Assembly: GCA_038888155.1 (NCBI GenBank)
Contig: JAWAJB010000004.1
Coordinates: 32,001-96,000, forward strand
Source of the DNA: Desulfurococcaceae archaeon
GTDB taxonomy: Archaea; Thermoproteota; Thermoprotei_A; Sulfolobales; Desulfurococcaceae
Length of the DNA: 64,000 bases
Direction: 5' to 3'
The first letter of the stretch is position 1; every line of letters starts with the position of its first letter. A program made the position numbers and the translations under genes. Shown here piece after piece: positions 60,230 through 64,000 of this stretch. The notes under the pieces are model-generated. The model was not told the DNA's origin. It ran no database searches and was given only the letters and a program-made list of their open reading frames with translations.

Positions 60230-61846
60230 TTAAACTTCTACACTAGCAACTTGCTTTATGAAGCTTAAGTACAGTGGACTTGGAAGTAGTGGCTTGCTTC
60301 TGAACTCTGGGTGCGCCTGTATTCCCAAGTAGAATGCATCGCGGCCTCTTAGCTCTACTATTTCAGGGTAGCCCTCCTCGCTGTACCCTGATATTCTAAG
60401 CCCTGAGGCCTCCAAGATGCCCGCGTACTTAGGGTTAACTACATACCTATGCCTGTGCCGCTCGTATATTTCACGAGACCCATATATCTTCCAAGCTAGT
60501 GTCTCGGGCTCTAGCAGTATCTTCTTGGCTCCAAGCCTCAAAACCCCACCAGTTACATTGAATCCCGCTAGCTCTCGAGGTAGATCAACTACGGGATCGG
60601 GTGTGCTGGGATCAATTTCGGTGCTATTTGCGTTCGCCAGTCCAGCTAAGTTCCTAGCAGCTTCAATAACCATTAACTGCATGCCGAAAGATATCCCAAG
60701 GGTTGGTCTGCCCAACTCCCTGAGTCTCTTAATAGCCATTATTGCGCCCTCTGCCCCTCTTTTACAAAAGCCAGGCAGAATTAGCGCACCGTGAGCGCTT
60801 CCCAGTTCATTAATTAGTGAGGGGTTGTCCTCAATATCGCTCGACTCTATCCACTCGAGATGTGGCTTTACATTACTCCACGCAGAGGCGTGCGTTATGG
60901 CCTCAATTATACTTATATAGCTCTCCTTTATTTTTGTGTACTTGCCTATCATAACTATCTTTACCTGTTTGCTGTGGTTATTCTCCTTTAACTTATTTAC
61001 GAAGTCAATCCACGCACTTATTTCAGGCTCTTTATAATTTAACATCAACTTTTCAAAGAGGTACTTAGTGAAGCCCTGCTCTTTGAGCATTATGGGTACC
61101 TCATAAGGCGAGTCAGTGTAAGGGCAACTGAACACCGCTCGCGGTGGTATGTTGCTGTAAAGTGCTATTTTTTGCCTAGCCTCGCTATCCAGGTGTATAA
61201 GTGACCTCGCTATGATGGCGTCAGGCTGAATACCTATTCTCCGCAACTCCTGGACACTGTGTTGGATTGGCTTAGTTTTCAACTCCCCAGATGAAAGTAT
61301 GGGTGCGAGGCCTAAGTGCACATAAAAAGTATTCGAGTCTCCCTCTTCAAACCGCATCTGCCTGGCTGCTTCCTGGTATGGTAAGCCTTCTATGTCACCA
61401 ACTGTTCCCCCTATCTCGACAATCGCGATATCCGCGTTTGTCTCCCTAGCTATTTCTCGAATTCTCTCCTTTACCTCGTTTGTCACATGTGGTATTACTT
61501 GAACGCATTGACCGTGGTAGTCGCCTCGTCTCTCTTTCATGATCACAGAGTAGTAAATTTTGCCTGAAGTAATGCTATTCTTCTTAGAGAGATCTATGCC
61601 TAAAAATCTCTCATAGTGTCCTATATCCATGTCTGTTTCTCCGCCGTCCTCGGTGACAAAAACTTCTCCGTGAACATAAGGGCTCATGCTGCCTGCGTCT
61701 ACATTCAGGTATGGGTCTATTTTTAGTATTGTGACATTTAGCCCACAGCTCTTGACTAGGAAACCGATTGAAGCCGCTATTGTTCCCTTACCGAGACCGG
61801 ATAAAACTCCTCCTGTTACAAATACATACCTTGTCAAATTGCCCAC
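60230..61846 (-). CDS. pyrG: CTP synthase (glutaminase Cys replaced by Ser)
   Basis: VTGGV.SGLGKG, KIDPYLNVDAG, KTKP.QHSV, ERHRHRY, HPEF; GISFGMQ where GICxGMQ is expected. Confidence 0.95.
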   Translation of the reverse strand: MGNLTRYVFVTGGVLSGLGKGTIAASIGFLVKSCGLNVTILKIDPYLNVDAGSMSPYVHGEVFVTEDGGETDMDIGHYERFLGIDLSKKNSITSGKIYYSVIMKERRGDYHGQCVQVIPHVTNEVKERIREIARETNADIAIVEIGGTVGDIEGLPYQEAARQMRFEEGDSNTFYVHLGLAPILSSGELKTKPIQHSVQELRRIGIQPDAIIARSLIHLDSEARQKIALYSNIPPRAVFSCPYTDSPYEVPIMLKEQGFTKYLFEKLMLNYKEPEISAWIDFVNKLKENNHSKQVKIVMIGKYTKIKESYISIIEAITHASAWSNVKPHLEWIESSDIEDNPSLINELGSAHGALILPGFCKRGAEGAIMAIKRLRELGRPTLGISFGMQLMVIEAARNLAGLANANSTEIDPSTPDPVVDLPRELAGFNVTGGVLRLGAKKILLEPETLAWKIYGSREIYERHRHRYVVNPKYAGILEASGLRISGYSEEGYPEIVELRGRDAFYLGIQAHPEFRSKPLLPSPLYLSFIKQVASVEV

Positions 61847-61926
61847 GTCGTATTATAATTAAGGAGTATTTAAATTTTGCACGCTTTAATTATATCAATG
61901 AAACAAATTCAACAGGTAATGTAGCC

Positions 61927-62460
61927 CTGGGGATTAAAACCAGATATGCAACTTGGATCGATATACACGAAGCTCTCGGCAAACTATCTAGTAAAGTAAT
62001 GGGCGAGTTCAAGCCGCAAGTATTAATAGCTATAGCTAAGGGTGGCCTCCTCCCCGCGCGAATAATTGCAGACATCCTCGGCGTAGATGAAATAGGCTTC
62101 ATTGAAGTGAAGCTCTATAAATCTATCGGGATTAGGAGTGAGAAACCATACATAAAATTAATTGGAGTGCCGCCAATAATGGACAAAGACGTGTTAGTAG
62201 TAGATGACGTTATCGACAGCGGTAGAACAATGCAGCTAGTAATAGACACGCTCTCTAAGTATACTCCAAGATCAATTAAAGCGCTGGCCATCTACATTAA
62301 ACCGTGGAGTACTTATGTCCCGGATTACTATTACGCCCGCACAGACGAGTGGATTGTATTTCCCTGGGAAATATGCGAATCTGCGAGAGAGGGAGTTGAG
62401 TTAGATCATCCGGAGTACATAAATATAAGCCATTACTGCCAAGGAAGAAACTCTAATTAA
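61927..62460 (+). CDS. Purine phosphoribosyltransferase, second paralog
   Basis: W.DI, AIAKGGL.PARI, VLVVDDVIDSG.T, PDYY, WIVFPWE; start uncertain (possibly CTG/ATT). Confidence 0.85.
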   Translation: MGIKTRYATWIDIHEALGKLSSKVMGEFKPQVLIAIAKGGLLPARIIADILGVDEIGFIEVKLYKSIGIRSEKPYIKLIGVPPIMDKDVLVVDDVIDSGRTMQLVIDTLSKYTPRSIKALAIYIKPWSTYVPDYYYARTDEWIVFPWEICESAREGVELDHPEYINISHYCQGRNSN

Positions 62461-62691
62461 ATGTAGCCATTTCTGGGGGCTTATTGAGATAAACGTTGCC
62501 CTGTCAGCTATCCTAAATTGTCGGTGCTCCAGGAATAATTTATTGTAAGCCCTCCTTTAGTTAATCCTAAGTCACTTACGAAGTCGTCTATAAAGTAGAA
62601 TAAGTTCCACAACAGCTATTGCTCCCTAATCGTTATTGTATATAGTTTTATTACCCATAAACTATAACTTCCAGTGATTGAGGTGTTTAAA

Positions 62692-64000
62692 GTGAGCCAG
62701 ACATCGGGCCGCTCTGAAAAAACCATCAAGCTTAGAGTTGCCGAAGCTAGAGCTCGTGATGTTGGAAGGAAAATCGCTAGAGTTGACAAAGACTCAATGA
62801 GGAAGCTAAGTCTCGAAGTAGGTGACTTCGTAGAAGTCATTGGCCCAAAGGGTAGAGAGGTGTTGAAAATTTGGCCGGCTTACCCTGAGGACGAGGGAAC
62901 AGGCCTTATAAGAGTCGATGGAACAGTCAGGAAAAGCCTGGGGGTCTCGCCAGGTGATTATGTTACGGTTAAGCCGATTAAGGTAGAGCCGGCAACTAGA
63001 GTTGTTGTTGCGCCTGTTGAACACATGCCCAGAATAGGGGCTGACCCCGACTACTATGGACAAACAATTAAGAAGTACCTTCAAGGTAATCCTATTAAAC
63101 GCGGAGACATCATTGATATTCCGTTTTACGGCATGTTACTGAGGTTTATGGTAACTAGCGTTCAGCCCTCTGCTGTTGTTTACGTAACAGACGACACGGC
63201 TATAGAGGTGAGGCTTCAACCTGTTAGACCGGGGCTAGTTGGCGAGGGCGTGCCCCTCGTAACATGGGAAGATATAGGAAACCTAGAGGAAGTAAAACAG
63301 AAAATTAGAGAGATCATAGAGCTGCCGCTCAAACACCCAGAGCTATTTGAAAAGCTGGGCATTGAGCCTCCTAAAGGGATACTGCTCTTCGGACCGCCTG
63401 GAACAGGTAAGACTCTCCTTGCTAAGGCACTTGCAAATGAAATAGGGGCATACTTTATATCTATTAATGGACCAGAAATAATGAGCAAGTTCTATGGTGA
63501 ATCAGAAGAGAGACTACGGAGGATCTTCGAGGAGGCTCAGGCAAATGCGCCTGCCATAATATTTATTGATGAAATAGACAGTATTGCGCCAAAAAGAGAG
63601 GAAGTCGTTGGCGAAGTAGAGAAAAGGGTTGTTGCTCAACTCCTGGCGCTAATGGACGGACTTAAGGAAAGAGGGCGCGTTATAGTAATAGGAGCTACAA
63701 ATAGGCCAGAGGCGCTAGATCCAGCGCTCAGAAGACCTGGTAGGTTTGATAGGGAAATAGAGATCCCACCTCCTGATAAAAGGGCTAGAAGAGAGATATT
63801 AGCTGTTCACACTAGAAACATGCCCTTATCTGAGGACGTTGAGCTAGATAAAATAGCTGACATTACACACGGGTACACTGGTGCAGACATAGCTGCATTA
63901 GTGAAGGAAGCTGCAATGAATGCCCTCAGGAGGTTTATACAAGGAGAGAACATCGACTTAAATCAGCCAATCCCAGCTGATAAGCTAGAGAAACTGAGAG
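62692..64000 (+). CDS. cdc48: CDC48/VAT AAA+ ATPase (partial, runs off the window end)
   Basis: Manual translation from GTG after GAGGTG: [51 protein letters not shown]; absent from the ORF track. Confidence 0.96.
   Translation, partial: MSQTSGRSEKTIKLRVAEARARDVGRKIARVDKDSMRKLSLEVGDFVEVIGPKGREVLKIWPAYPEDEGTGLIRVDGTVRKSLGVSPGDYVTVKPIKVEPATRVVVAPVEHMPRIGADPDYYGQTIKKYLQGNPIKRGDIIDIPFYGMLLRFMVTSVQPSAVVYVTDDTAIEVRLQPVRPGLVGEGVPLVTWEDIGNLEEVKQKIREIIELPLKHPELFEKLGIEPPKGILLFGPPGTGKTLLAKALANEIGAYFISINGPEIMSKFYGESEERLRRIFEEAQANAPAIIFIDEIDSIAPKREEVVGEVEKRVVAQLLALMDGLKERGRVIVIGATNRPEALDPALRRPGRFDREIEIPPPDKRARREILAVHTRNMPLSEDVELDKIADITHGYTGADIAALVKEAAMNALRRFIQGENIDLNQPIPADKLEKLR

Overview
Core-genome window of a hyperthermophilic crenarchaeon, most consistent with Desulfurococcales/Desulfurococcaceae. 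The assignment is inferred from gene content: GatDE, thermosome, CdvA, TFB2-TFEbeta, a Cren7-like protein, tetraether synthase and Nop5/fibrillarin. About 65 CDS are mostly housekeeping. Three are missing from the ORF track: a partial corrinoid protein at the left edge, rps30e, and a partial cdc48 at the right edge. There are four tRNA genes (Ser with an intron, Gln-CUG, Lys-UUU, Leu-CAG). No CRISPR array, transposase or integrase was seen. The most notable observations are: (1) four intergenic box C/D guide sRNAs, one with a 10-nt guide complementary to the anticodon loop of the tRNA-Lys(UUU) in this window, placing wobble U34 at the +5 methylation position; (2) a CTP synthase whose glutaminase catalytic Cys is Ser; (3) a corrinoid/MtrH/MetF-like methyl-transfer module; (4) a ~1.6 kb AT-rich gene-free region with origin-like and recombinase-site-like motifs; (5) a cdvA without adjacent cdvB/cdvC. 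All annotations come from motif recognition by eye; no database search was run.
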